Of a DNA stretch of 64,000 bases, positions 12,287 to 23,112 are shown piece by piece. The first letter of the stretch is position 1. Each line of letters begins with the position of its first letter. Under the pieces are notes generated by a model that was given only the letters and a program-made list of their open reading frames with translations, was not told the DNA's origin and did no database searches. Made by a program: the position numbers and the translations under genes. Origin of the DNA: Cyanidioschyzon merolae. Taxonomy: Eukaryota. Location of the stretch: NCBI GenBank assembly GCA_000091205.1, contig AP006484.2, one strand, 5' to 3'.

Positions 12287-13508
12287 TACCACGCTGATTC
12301 GCTGCTTTCACTCTATATCTTTGAGGTAAGGGGCAGGCTTCTGTCACGCGGATTCCGCATCCCGCCGGCAAGTAGCCGCTTTGGCAATGGTTGTCCTCGG
12401 TTGCGAGCCATTGTACGTCTGCACTTTGGGTATCTGCCTGTGTGATTTTCTGATGCTTGAACAGGTCACCATTGTGTGCTCGCTTCTGCTGCAAAGATCG
12501 AACGAGCTGTGGAGCAAGAGCGGGTGTCCGCATCGGTTTTGCACAACGGCCATGAACTGGCATCTTTGACGCAATCCACGCACTGGATAGGCATCCACTT
12601 GTGGGTCTAAGTCTTCTGAGACGGACTTGTCGTCGTCGCTGCCATCATGATCATCATACGAATGGACTTGAACAAAGTATCAATTACCTTCGATGAGAGG
12701 TCTTGTTGTTCAGGCGAGTCAAGAGTCGTTTTCACATACCAGTGTGTGTCCCGGATTGCACCATGTTTATCGACATTCGGGAAAGCGTCCGTCATACTCC
12801 ATTACCCAGGCGTGCTGTTCGAGACGGGCTTCTCTACAGCGCTGAACCATAGAAAAAGCGTTTCCATGATGGATGGATACGAGCGGCTCCCGCAGTGCGC
12901 AGCCCATTGAAAAAACTTGCTTGTTTGCGCTCTATGCTTTCTTTTTCGAGCACGAGGTTACAGAGGGCCTCATAACACCCTGGCGTGACGTCGATCCTGG
13001 ATGGAACGCGTTCGGGCTTGGGCGTTGGGTGTTTTGAAGCGGACGAGTGTCTCCAGTCGGTTATCGTCCGTTGGTGCTGGCTGGTGAGGCGGTTTGTTTT
13101 TCTTGTTGCGCCTCTCACGCACGCTGGCACCGTTTGCCTTGCGGTCGAGAGTACGTTCTCGCCTTTGAATGCAACTTGAGTCTTGTAATCAAGTTCTTGG
13201 ACACGACTGTTGAAGCAGTTTGGTTGTCGCAGCTGTCGAACTTGTGCAGTGTCGTCGAGCAGTTCCCCAGTGGCGTTTCCCGCGTATCAAAGGACTGCTG
13301 CTCGAACCTGCGGCTGAAAGAAAGCGTCTGTCGCTTTTCTCACCGAAGACTGTAACCTAGAACCGTTGCCAGAAACAGCATCACCCGCCAGACTTCGAGA
13401 CGGGAGTTGTCACGCACATTGCAGTCGACAGCCAAGGCAACTGCTGCACTGGTGGTCTAGAAGAGACGGTGCAGCGGCCCTGACGCGCTCTTCAAGCTGC
13501 CGACCGCG

Positions 13509-14429
13509 ATGGGAGCTATTGTCAGCCGTCTGCGGAGCGTGCCCGCACCTGCCTCAAGGCTCCAACAGAGCGAAACCAGCAGCGTCTACCGTAGTGGTGG
13601 TAATGGTGGTAATGGTGGTGGTGGTGGTGGTGCTCCGTCAGCAACCGAAATAACGAACCCGACAACAGACACACCAGGGAAGCAGCGTTGGCGGGTTCGC
13701 ACCCCGCCAGAGCGAGCGGCGTTCGTTCACCATATCCTCGTCGACGAGGAGGCAGAGGCGAAACGGCTTTGTGAGCTTCTGCGTCAGCAGGCCGCTCAAG
13801 GCGACAACGCGCTTCGAGAGCGCTTCGAAAGTCTGGCTTATCAGTATTCGCGATGCTCATCTCGTGACCGAGGAGGAACACTGGGCTGGATCCGTCCTCG
13901 AGAAACAACAGCGCTGTTTGACAATGCCATTTTCGAGACAAAGAAGCCTGCTGGGAGCATTGACGTGGTTCAAAGCGAATACGGCTGGCACGTAGTGTGG
14001 ATAGGACAGCGCCTGGAGCAGCAGGCGGCAACGCAGAGCAGTGCCAGTTCGGTACCGTCCACGACGCGCCCGTCCGAGACGCCAACTTCAGCCAGCAGCG
14101 TACCAGGTACTGATTACCTGCGACAGATTGAAAAACTCAGTGCTGCGCTGCATGCTCGACCGATGCCCAACGTTTTCCCGTCGCCAGAGGCGCTTGTCGC
14201 CCAGAGACGACCGCGACCTGAGGGGGCGCTCACCCATGCGCAAGCCCTTAGCATGTTGCTCGCGCATTACCTGGAACCACAGACCTGGTCGGTGGAGGCA
14301 TTAGCGAAAGCGTTTCGAATGGAGGATGCATCGAAGAGAGCGCTGATGGCACGGGCGTTACGAGCGGTGCGGCCCTGGTTGGAAACGCAGACACCCGAAG
14401 GCCTGCGCAGGCATCGGGAACTGTCGTAG
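13509..14429 (+). CDS. Parvulin-type peptidyl-prolyl cis-trans isomerase (PpiC/rotamase domain) with Ser/Gly-rich linker and C-terminal extension
   Basis: AAFVHHILV...GGTLGWIRPRETTALFDNAIFETKKPAGSIDVVQSEYGWHVVWI matches the PpiC rotamase core (HILV...G.LG.f..g.m...F..a.f.l..G..s.pv.t..G.HiI). The N-terminus MGAIVS fits an N-myristoylation consensus, and a poly-Gly run is encoded by (GGT)n. Confidence 0.75.
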   Translation: MGAIVSRLRSVPAPASRLQQSETSSVYRSGGNGGNGGGGGGAPSATEITNPTTDTPGKQRWRVRTPPERAAFVHHILVDEEAEAKRLCELLRQQAAQGDNALRERFESLAYQYSRCSSRDRGGTLGWIRPRETTALFDNAIFETKKPAGSIDVVQSEYGWHVVWIGQRLEQQAATQSSASSVPSTTRPSETPTSASSVPGTDYLRQIEKLSAALHARPMPNVFPSPEALVAQRRPRPEGALTHAQALSMLLAHYLEPQTWSVEALAKAFRMEDASKRALMARALRAVRPWLETQTPEGLRRHRELS

Positions 14430-14954
14430 CACATCGCTACCGGCTGGGGAGCGTGCGAGCGTCCTGGCTCCGTTGCATGCTTACTAGACGCCAGCGAGTA
14501 TGAAGCCGTTCTGTCGAGGCATTTTGTTCGACACGGGACGCGACGCCGGCATCCAAATCTCGCCCAGTGTGCCCAGGATACGGAGCTTTCTGCACCGAGC
14601 GTGCGCATTGCTAGCATTGGAGCACTGGCGCTTTCCCGAATCCGCAGCGTGCAGTGGCTTGCTCGATGGCCAGAGTACCCGTTGAGAGCCTATGCAATGT
14701 GCACTGGCATGTGCTGAAGCACGGAAGCTGAAGCCTTTTTCGCGGTTTCGTCTCTGCATGTCGAAGAGCTGCACAGGAGCACAGCGGGTTGGTACAGGGA
14801 ATGCACCATCGGAAACCTCGGCACAGATATATCCGTAAGCGAGTCGCGAATCATCACCAATAGTCAAAAGGGACATGCTGGGACTGCTTCCTGGTCGAAG
14901 CAAGCGATTAGAGGCAATCTCCCGTGACCGCCTCCTCATGAACCGAATGAACCT

Positions 14955-15190
14955 TTGTAGACGTAGCGTGGATCAACGGGTGTTCTGTGAATACTTTGCG
15001 ATGCTATGTTTTATATCTGTATTTTCTGGTCCTTCATGGACGTTCCGTGGATCGACGGGTGCTCGGTGAACACTTTTGATACGATTGATCCCATATCTGT
15101 ACGTTATGATCCTTGATGGACGTCTCTTGGATCGACGCGCGTCCGGTAAACACCTTTTGGAATCTTTTGCGACATTTAGGAATTAAACGA
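14955..15190. repeat. Roughly 80-bp degenerate tandem repeat, 3 copies, about 160 bp upstream of the RagC-like gene start
   Basis: Units beginning tagacgtagcgtggatcaacgggtgttctgtgaatac / tggacgttccgtggatcgacgggtgctcggtgaacac / tggacgtctcttggatcgacgcgcgtccggtaaacac at about 14958, 15036 and 15116. Confidence 0.6.
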
Positions 15191-15350
15191 ACAGGTCATC
15201 GACTGGGCGTGCCCAGGTCGCCAGCTTCGAATCTCCCTCGTTCTCTTCGGGGTGCTCTCGAATGGACGTTTTTCACGACCCGAATGACCACGTCTCTCTC
15301 CCAGGCGATTAGGACGTATTCACTATCTTCCATTGTCTGGAAGCAATAGA

Positions 15351-17777
15351 ATGGGACCGGCATCGCGCCTTCCGCAGCGTCAGGAGCGCTCGGAGCTTAC
15401 CGCGTCGGCGAGTCTCGAGACGCCGCCGCACGCGACATCAGCGCCACAACCAGTGCAGCGGAGTGCGCCGAAAGCACCGTTACCAGAACGAGTGGAAAGC
15501 CACAGCATTCCTGTTCCGGGTCGCGGTACTCGAGCCTCTCTCAGGGCACGGCTCCTGACACAGCAACTGGAGCGTCGGAGTTTGCAGCCGTCGCCGGAGA
15601 CGCCGCCGCCCACCAGGCCGGGCAGTGTCCCCAACGAAACGGATGCGTTCGTCGCTGGCTCGCCAGCCGCTATCGCACATTCTTATGTAGAATATGCGAC
15701 TAGTTTTGGGCCTTACGGAACTTTAAGTAGGAGCGCTCAGAACGCTTCGAGTTCTCCCGAACAGAGCCTCCCAGAGCGAAACGCGCGTACGCCGCGGCAG
15801 ACACCCGGAGCGCCGTCGTCCGCAAAGGCGCAAGCTCCAGCGAACGATGCGCCGCTTGGGCCAGTTAGAACCGCTTCTCCGCGCTCCCGATCTAGTTCAC
15901 CGCTGTCGAGTTCGGGGCCCGTTGGTATCGACGGCGAGCCTGCGAGCTTGAGCTATCGGAGCAGTCCAAGCACAACGAGAAGCGTCCCCAGCAACGTCGA
16001 TGAGGAGCGTGGTGGTGCTGGTCACCCCAGCCCACACAACCTCTCTATTGAGGATCTGCAGGATATAGCGAGCAACAGGCACCTGTTCCAGCATGCAGCA
16101 TCTGTAGAGGAGGTATTCGCTGACTTGTCCGTAGAAGAGCGGCGGTTTACGGAGCAGCTCGCGTCCCGTCTAGTTGCACCCGCCCTGGAGACCGCATCTG
16201 AATCCGCTGGGCACCCAACGAAGCACTCCAGAACGCTGTCTGACGCAGCGGGTGCAGCATCAACAACAGGGGCGCGTCCCGGAGACCGCTACGGTTTTGA
16301 CAACAACAACAACAACAACAACAAGCCTCGTATTGTGTTCTTAGGCCGAAGAAATTGCGGCAAAACGTCGTTACACTCCGTGGTGTTTCATCAGACCAGC
16401 GCACACGAAACGCTTTTCCTGGAAAGCACATCTAGGATTGTGGCTCATGATGTGACCTACAGCCCGTGGATCTCCTGTCAATTGGTAGATACACCTGGCA
16501 TCGATACTGTCTTCTGGGAGCATGCTTCTAGAGGGGACACTTCCGGTACCGCAGATTCGAGTGGACCAGCCTGCCAAGCGGAGGTAGCCACCGAGGAGCA
16601 CCCCCAGACGCAGCGTGCTCAATTACCGCCTGTTGAATCTTCGACACTGAACGGCGAGAACGCTACCCTATCCGAGTCGTTGAGCACTGAACCTGCTTCG
16701 GTCGTTGTCGTCGACGCAAGTTGCAGGGAGGATCCGCGCGACGCGGCCTCGTGCGAAGCGCTGCCCACGAAGCGGTCCGTTTCCGACCCCGACGAGGCAA
16801 GTCCGTCCATGAGCGCCTCGATACCGACGCAACTCGAGCCTGCTGCTGAGCTGCCTGCTGCGCTGCGCACGCTTCTCGACGCAGCGGATGCACTGGTCTA
16901 CGTTATTGACAGCAGCACCACAGCGGAAGCTTTCGCAGTGGATGAACTGCAGCGGTTATTGGCCTACTGGCGTACACTCTGCAGAACCGGTGACCACAGG
17001 AGCACCCGCTATCCCCACGTCTGGGTCTGTCTGCACAAAGCTGATCTCGCAAATAGCGCAGAGCAGGAGCAGACCGCCGACGCACTTGGCAACTGGGCGA
17101 AAACCGCCGACTTTTGGGATCATTGGTATCAGGCACTTGGGTGCTGTGCCCCGCTCCTACTCCAGAACGACAGTAGACGCAGCCCAGACGACGCTGCGCA
17201 CTCCTTTGAGACGCCTACATCGTGTACCATTGAGGACGTGTGTTTGCAGGTCTGGCGTACAAGCATCTACGACGACTCGTGTGTTCAGAGTATGGCGAAT
17301 CTACTGCGTGCACTGCTGCCGCAACTCTTGCTGCTACAGCGGGACCTTGAAGCATTTGTTCAGGATAGCGGTGTGTCTGGTGCTTTTGTCTTCGACACGT
17401 TCACGCGACTGTGCCTGGCGGAGGTCATCGGCACGGCCGCAGTGTCACGCTACCGAGCGCTGGCTGCCGAATGGACGCTATTGGCTCGCGAGTGGTCCTT
17501 GACTTGGCTCCCTTCGGAGCCGAGCAAGTCCGCATCACTTGTCGATGAAAGCCCGGAGCGATCTGCGGTCCACTGGACTGGTCTGGTGGATGCCCACGGC
17601 GAGCACGCGAGCATGCAGTTATCCAACGGCGATCAACTCTGTACACAAGTGCTTTCGCCGGTGCTTGTGCTCGTCTACGTTCAGGCAGAGGCGTCCTCTG
17701 GCGCTGAACACACCCGATGGCATCCAGGCAAAGCAACTGAAACGTTGGATATGGCCCTTGCGTCGATGCGGACGTGA
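15351..17777 (+). CDS. RagC/RagD (Gtr2)-family small GTPase with about 330-aa Ser/Pro-rich N-terminal extension and large internal insertion
   Basis: [38 protein letters not shown]...LVDTPGI aligns with RagC [39 protein letters not shown]...WDFPGQ. Downstream, ALVYVIDSS...VCLHKADL matches ALIYVIDAQ...FIHKVDGL. The ORF tool's start is TTG, so the first ATG is at 15351. A (CAA)8 run encodes poly-Asn. Confidence 0.7.
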   Translation: [808 protein letters not shown]

Positions 17778-19428
17778 TACCTTCGTTGCTCCTAGGTCGT
17801 GGTGCCTCCTGCTTGGCTTTCGGACGCTCCACGACACGCAGGTCCGTTAAAAATGGAACAATAAACGACTCGCTGTGCTTCAGGTTGTCGACTGTTGTCC
17901 CAGGTTGGTAGCGATGTTCTGGCTCGAAATTCGAATCGGGCAATAAGGGCGTACCGATGCATACTTTGGATGCTTGCTCGGCTAGTCGGGGAGACCGCTT
18001 CGACACTTTGCCACTGGGGTTCCTGACGAAATCGGAAACCAGATGACATCACGATGTCATCAAAGAGGCGCTATCTTTACGCAATGCATAAGTACATGAC
18101 ACAATTATTTTTGTTTCGTTAAGGGTGACATGATAATACCACGCCATGTTCAATCTTTCAATTGCTCGGTTTTCGTGGCATCGTGGGGGCACAGCAACGC
18201 CTGAAGCTGGAATACCGAGGATAATGCCCTACGTCGTCTCTCGATGCCTTGATCATGAGCCTATGTATAGCGTTTTCTGGAATTGTTCCGTCCAGTGCTC
18301 GATTCCGTCTGAACACACGCACAACCATACATAGATATTGCTGCACGCGTTGTTGTCACTGGCGGAACCGCACGTCACAACGGTTTGGTGCCGCGCACGG
18401 CACCTGCTCACAGCGGCTTCCGTCGCTTCTCTCGGCATAGAAAAGGGTATCGGACGCGTGCTCTATATATCGCAGTGATCACTTCCAGTGGAAGGTGCGT
18501 CATCGGTCCGCACGTATAAAGTGCAGTCGAATCGGAATTTCTCGATTTGTTCTCCGGCCTGGATTTGGCTCTTACGACATTTGATTCGTCATGGACTGCA
18601 TCCGCTTCCATATATCCGCAATGAAATGGAACAGCACGTGCTTATGTGTGCAGCAGACAGCCTACTCGCCGAGAAGATCGCCCTGAAGAAGCCTGTGGTC
18701 GTCGGGCATGGCACCGGATTCGGGCACCGATAAGCGCATCGAGTGGAGCGTTTCGTACGCGTTACGAGCACATACTAGGTGAAAAGGAAAGCCTCCTAGT
18801 GCCACGAGGCAGCGCTCAGATGCGGCGGTTTGGTGAACGTCTAGGAACGCACGACCATAGCCAAGCGTCACTGATGCAAACGCTGCAGCGCGGCTGCATA
18901 CAGAGGAGATGAAAAGGGCAAGCAAAGCGTAGATCGCAGCTTTTGCCTGTCCACGAATTGCTTGAACAACCATCGGAAACTGCCAAGTCGGTGCTTTCAC
19001 ACAGCAACCAGGATTCTTCGACTGCTGACAACAAAGCTTTCGAGCCAGGAGAGACTGGCATACTTCAAGGCGGTGATCCTCGAGCGAGACAGAGAGCAAA
19101 AGGATGCGATGGCAGAAAAGGGCCTTTCAGGCTGGTGTTGGTGACCACGGGAAAACGATTCTAACCTTCGTATGTACGCGCGAGTGGACTTGCTGGACCC
19201 GTTTCATTCTATTCCGAAATGAATAGACCAAGACGAGAACGCCACGTGCACGCTGTGAGCGACGGCAGCGCGGCGTGTAGCTTTCCTTTGGACTAGACGA
19301 TCAGCCAGGAGGAGCGATTTCACTAACGTGGGCATGATCACCATATTTCATCACCTCTTTCGAGCCGAAGACCCCAGCTGGAACCCGCCTATCTGCTCCA
19401 GGAGCACCAGGTACCCGGTTTCCGATCC

Positions 19429-22400
19429 TCACGCCCCGCCCCGGCCCCGCCCGGATGACATCGACGCCCTTTCGTGAGCGTCACCGTCCCCGGTGACCAG
19501 TCGCTGCGGCAGGTCACGTAACCAATCCACAAATGCTTCTGTATGCGGGAAATCCGGTGGAGCATCCATCGCCGGTCTGCTGTATATACGCCGCTGCTGT
19601 TGCAGTACGTGAACAGGCTGTGCTCCTTCTACAACGCCGACTTCTGCGGCAGCAGCAGGATGCACTTCAAACCTACGCGCTCGTCTTGCTAGTGCCAGCA
19701 CCTCTGTCAGCTGCTCGGGCGACGACGCCAGTAACGCCCTGTCGCCTGTCGAGGTCGGTGCACTTGCGAAGAGCACTGGAGCAGTGCCTGGCGAAGATGC
19801 CGTCTGTTGACGAGCGCTCCGCACCTGCCGCAGGAGACGTTCCACGTATCGTCGATCTGCAGCGCTTGGTTGAACTGGTCGCAGCGGCAATAACAGTACA
19901 AGCAGCGGGGTTAGCGTGTAGGCGAACCTCATCAGCGGCATCGTCTGTACTGTAGGCATATCTCCAGCTAGCCAGCACCACGACTGCACCAGTTGAAAGC
20001 GCGTCAAGGGCAATGCGAGGATGCTATCGCGATTGTTGGTGGTCGTGCTCTCGCTCGTGCTGGGCAGCAGTCGCATCCCCGTCGGTATCAACTGCACAGT
20101 CGAAGTGGAAGGAGCCGTTGTTGGACGCCAACGGGGCGGCAACGGTACCCAAAGCGGCACTTCGGCTGCACGTTCGAGCTGCCATACCGTTCGACGCAAC
20201 GCTCTATGACCTGTATGCCGGTGGAGCGCGGATTCCACGCTTCCCCTCGCAACGTTGGCTGTCTCCGCCGCAGTCGACACCAGCAGCGCCCAGAGCAGCG
20301 CCGAACGACCCGAACGCGAGCCAGTTACAGCAGCAATTACGAGCAGGTAGCGCTTGTCCCCAAAGTCGCCTCTAAGCGGCCACGCTAGCCCATCTAACCA
20401 AAACATCGCTGCAGTTCGATGGCTCGCAAGTCGCCGAAGCGTTCGCTCACGACGCCACAGGGGACGCATGGGCACCATAAACCACTCATGAATGCAAATA
20501 AGCGCATCATCTGTCGAGGCAGGGTCGCTGCTATCGTTCCAAGTGGCACGCTGGAGAGCACCGGAGCCATTCCTTGGTGGCAAGGTTGCCGGTGCACCTG
20601 CTTCAGTGTGCTCTGGAAGCAGAACTTGAGCGCGTGGTGCCCACAGCAACAAGCGACTCGCTGTGCAACTCAGGAAAAGCGGTGGTGGGGTTGCTGCTTG
20701 CCCCGCTATTTCATGCACATGCGTCACTCGACAAGCTGCCAATTGTGGTTCCGCTCTGAACGCTGCACTGCTCGACGAACGATAGCGAGGCAGCGGCTCG
20801 AAGCGCGGTACCTTCGTTGACGGACTCGGAATCGCATCTAGTGCAACGCTAGCTATCCCGCTGCCATAGAACCAGTAGAGCGAAGGCACCAAGTCGTTGC
20901 TGATACCCGCAGCTGGATTCTCGCTTGAGGAGAAAACCCCAAGGGTCGGCGTATGTGGCCATCCGCTTGAGTATCGCCACACTGTGGACGACGCAAGAGC
21001 AGCGACTGACCCGCCTGGCCCGTTCGACGCTCCAGGTGCCTTCTGTGCTTGTTGGTATCCCTGTGATGAAGCACAGATGGACCGTGCTCCTTGTTCGACA
21101 ACAACCGAATCATAACGACGCTCGATCCGCCACAGCGTTGCATCCGATGGCATTGCCACCAGCAACCGCTCTGGTACCAGGGATCCGAGACGCTGCTCCC
21201 GGAGCAGATAGCTGCACTTGTTAGCGACCGAGACCAGCAGTGACTGATCGTTGCTTGTCCAGGCAAGGGAGCGCACTTTGCTGAGGGTTGGTAACGCTAT
21301 CTCAGCGAGAATTTGCAGGTCACCAATGAGCGGCACCCCAGTTGTACCATGATGTGGGCTCTGCTCCGAAGACGCCCCCCGAGATGGCGTTCTTCCGCTT
21401 GTTTGCCCGTCGTGCTGGCTCTGACCAGAAGAGTCTGTACATCGCCAGCACAACTGAAGGATGTCTATGCGAGGTGCGCAACACCCGCTGGCGATCGTCG
21501 CGATTGCCATCCGCACGGCCCTATTCGTACGGCAAATAGGCTGTTGTTCATCAGATGCTGCTGCTGCTGCTGCTGAGGTACGATGCTGAACCCCGGTAAC
21601 AGGTTCGGGCGTTGCAGCAGGTGTGTTCGCTACGGCTACAGCGAGCATGGAGCGATCTGGAGCACCGCTCTGGGCAAACTGGCGTTGTCGCCACTGCGGC
21701 GGCGCGCGCACCTTACACCACTGGTGGACGCCTCGCTCCGTATCCAGCAACAAGGCGTCTATGAACGCAACCGGTCCGCGAGGCCACTCCAGAAGTACCC
21801 ACTCGAACGCGTTGTAACGAATCGTGCATAAACGATTCCACCGCAGAGGATCGCGTACAGTGAGCATCCGCGATACCAGTGCATCCTTCAGTGTACTTGA
21901 TTCTATCGATACCGCAATGCTTGAATCCGGTCGTGTACCTGAGTCTGAGGATATCGTCATCCGGGGAGTCTGTTGCGTGCCGGAGCCTCGACCGGCAGCG
22001 CCATCCATATCTTCAACGGAGCGCACCAGGTGCTGTGCATGGTCTCGTGCACTCAGTTTCAAATGCGTGCCTGTAAGAGACGGGTATCGTGCCAGTCCTA
22101 TCGCGTCACTATCTAGATCACGAAAACTCAGACTCACGAGACTGGGGTCCTCCAAGGTTGCCCCGCCTACTGCAAAGTAGTTCGTGCATTCACTGACGCT
22201 GCGAGGCAGGTACGCCCGCTTTCCTCCGCGAGCCAAGAGCGCATGCTGAAGACTAGCTGGACGCAACCGTTTCTGGAGTGGCAACGTCGCACAAGAGCGA
22301 CTTGTTCGCAGCAAAGCATCAACGGGTGAAGACTGTATGATGCTCGCTGCATGACTGCTCCTGTCGATATGTGGATGCATCGTATCAACTGACGGAGGCA

Positions 22401-23040
22401 CGCTGTTTGGCGGTTTGGAGCGCATCGCGACCCTGTCGGGCGCACTAGTCAGCGTTGCTGCCGACGTCGACGTGCATTCTGTTGCCTCCGTCGCTGGCGA
22501 GGATGCTACGGCTACAGTGGCTACTGGCGTTGGTGTAGACGCATGACTTTCCACTTGTCCCGCAGCGGGTACTGCATCGCTTGGGTTGTCAGTAAACTGC
22601 AGCTGGGCGTTTCCAGTTGCGGTCGTATACGTAGGTCGCTTCAGCAATGCCGTACTCGTCGCCCCAGCGGCTGGAGCGAAAGCACCCCGGCGAGCGTTCT
22701 GTTCGTCGTCATCGACTGAAGCAGTCTCACTGGAGGACGCCATGGTTGCTCCTTTGACTGGACCTTGCACCTCAGTTCGTGCCGGGTGCTTTGCAGGCGT
22801 TGCTGTTGTTGACGAACTCGACGTTTCCAGCAGCGTGCGGTTAGCGAAGCGTAGGTCAACATCGACGGGTGCGAGTTTCGAACTCGACGGAGGCGTCTCC
22901 AGTGGGCAAAGCAACCAGAAAGGATCCCTCTCTGGCTCGATGTGGGCGTCCAGAGTCGTTTCTGCCGTCCATTCGCTGGCGTCTGTTCCAGCTTCCCTGT
23001 AGTTCGACAACCACGTCGAACTTCTTTGCAAAGCCTCCAT
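19429..23040 (-). CDS. Large (1203 aa) low-complexity hypothetical protein, rich in Ser/Ala/Pro/Thr
   Basis: Uninterrupted 3.6 kb ORF with an ATG start and no motif I can assign. Its length and GC3-rich codon use argue that it is a real gene. Confidence 0.5.
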   Translation of the reverse strand: MEALQRSSTWLSNYREAGTDASEWTAETTLDAHIEPERDPFWLLCPLETPPSSSKLAPVDVDLRFANRTLLETSSSSTTATPAKHPARTEVQGPVKGATMASSSETASVDDDEQNARRGAFAPAAGATSTALLKRPTYTTATGNAQLQFTDNPSDAVPAAGQVESHASTPTPVATVAVASSPATEATECTSTSAATLTSAPDRVAMRSKPPNSVPPSVDTMHPHIDRSSHAASIIQSSPVDALLRTSRSCATLPLQKRLRPASLQHALLARGGKRAYLPRSVSECTNYFAVGGATLEDPSLVSLSFRDLDSDAIGLARYPSLTGTHLKLSARDHAQHLVRSVEDMDGAAGRGSGTQQTPRMTISSDSGTRPDSSIAVSIESSTLKDALVSRMLTVRDPLRWNRLCTIRYNAFEWVLLEWPRGPVAFIDALLLDTERGVHQWCKVRAPPQWRQRQFAQSGAPDRSMLAVAVANTPAATPEPVTGVQHRTSAAAAAASDEQQPICRTNRAVRMAIATIASGCCAPRIDILQLCWRCTDSSGQSQHDGQTSGRTPSRGASSEQSPHHGTTGVPLIGDLQILAEIALPTLSKVRSLAWTSNDQSLLVSVANKCSYLLREQRLGSLVPERLLVAMPSDATLWRIERRYDSVVVEQGARSICASSQGYQQAQKAPGASNGPGGSVAALASSTVWRYSSGWPHTPTLGVFSSSENPAAGISNDLVPSLYWFYGSGIASVALDAIPSPSTKVPRFEPLPRYRSSSSAAFRAEPQLAACRVTHVHEIAGQAATPPPLFLSCTASRLLLWAPRAQVLLPEHTEAGAPATLPPRNGSGALQRATWNDSSDPASTDDALICIHEWFMVPMRPLWRRERTLRRLASHRTAAMFWLDGLAWPLRGDFGDKRYLLVIAAVTGSRSGRSALLWALLVSTAAETANVARGSVESALHRHTGHRALRRTVWQLERAAEVPLWVPLPPRWRPTTAPSTSTVQLIPTGMRLLPSTSESTTTNNRDSILALPLTRFQLVQSWCWLAGDMPTVQTMPLMRFAYTLTPLLVLLLPLRPVQPSAADRRYVERLLRQVRSARQQTASSPGTAPVLFASAPTSTGDRALLASSPEQLTEVLALARRARRFEVHPAAAAEVGVVEGAQPVHVLQQQRRIYSRPAMDAPPDFPHTEAFVDWLRDLPQRLVTGDGDAHERASMSSGRGRGGA

Positions 23041-23112
23041 GGTCGCTTTAGCGTTTCAGCGCCGCCTGTACGTGCGTCCTCCACACAGGTTAGACGACGT
23101 GCATGCCAGACG
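23041..23112. promoter_or_regulatory. Putative very short (about 72 bp) bidirectional promoter / 5' region between divergent start codons of the 1203-aa gene and the Trm61 gene
   Basis: ATG of the minus-strand gene is at 23040 and the first in-frame ATG of the Trm61 ORF is at 23113. Inference only. Confidence 0.25.

Noticed and set aside
16147-16431. Minus-strand ORF with poly-Cys (CCCCCCCC)
   Set aside because: It is antisense to the (CAA)8 poly-Asn microsatellite inside the RagC-like gene, which makes it an artefact.
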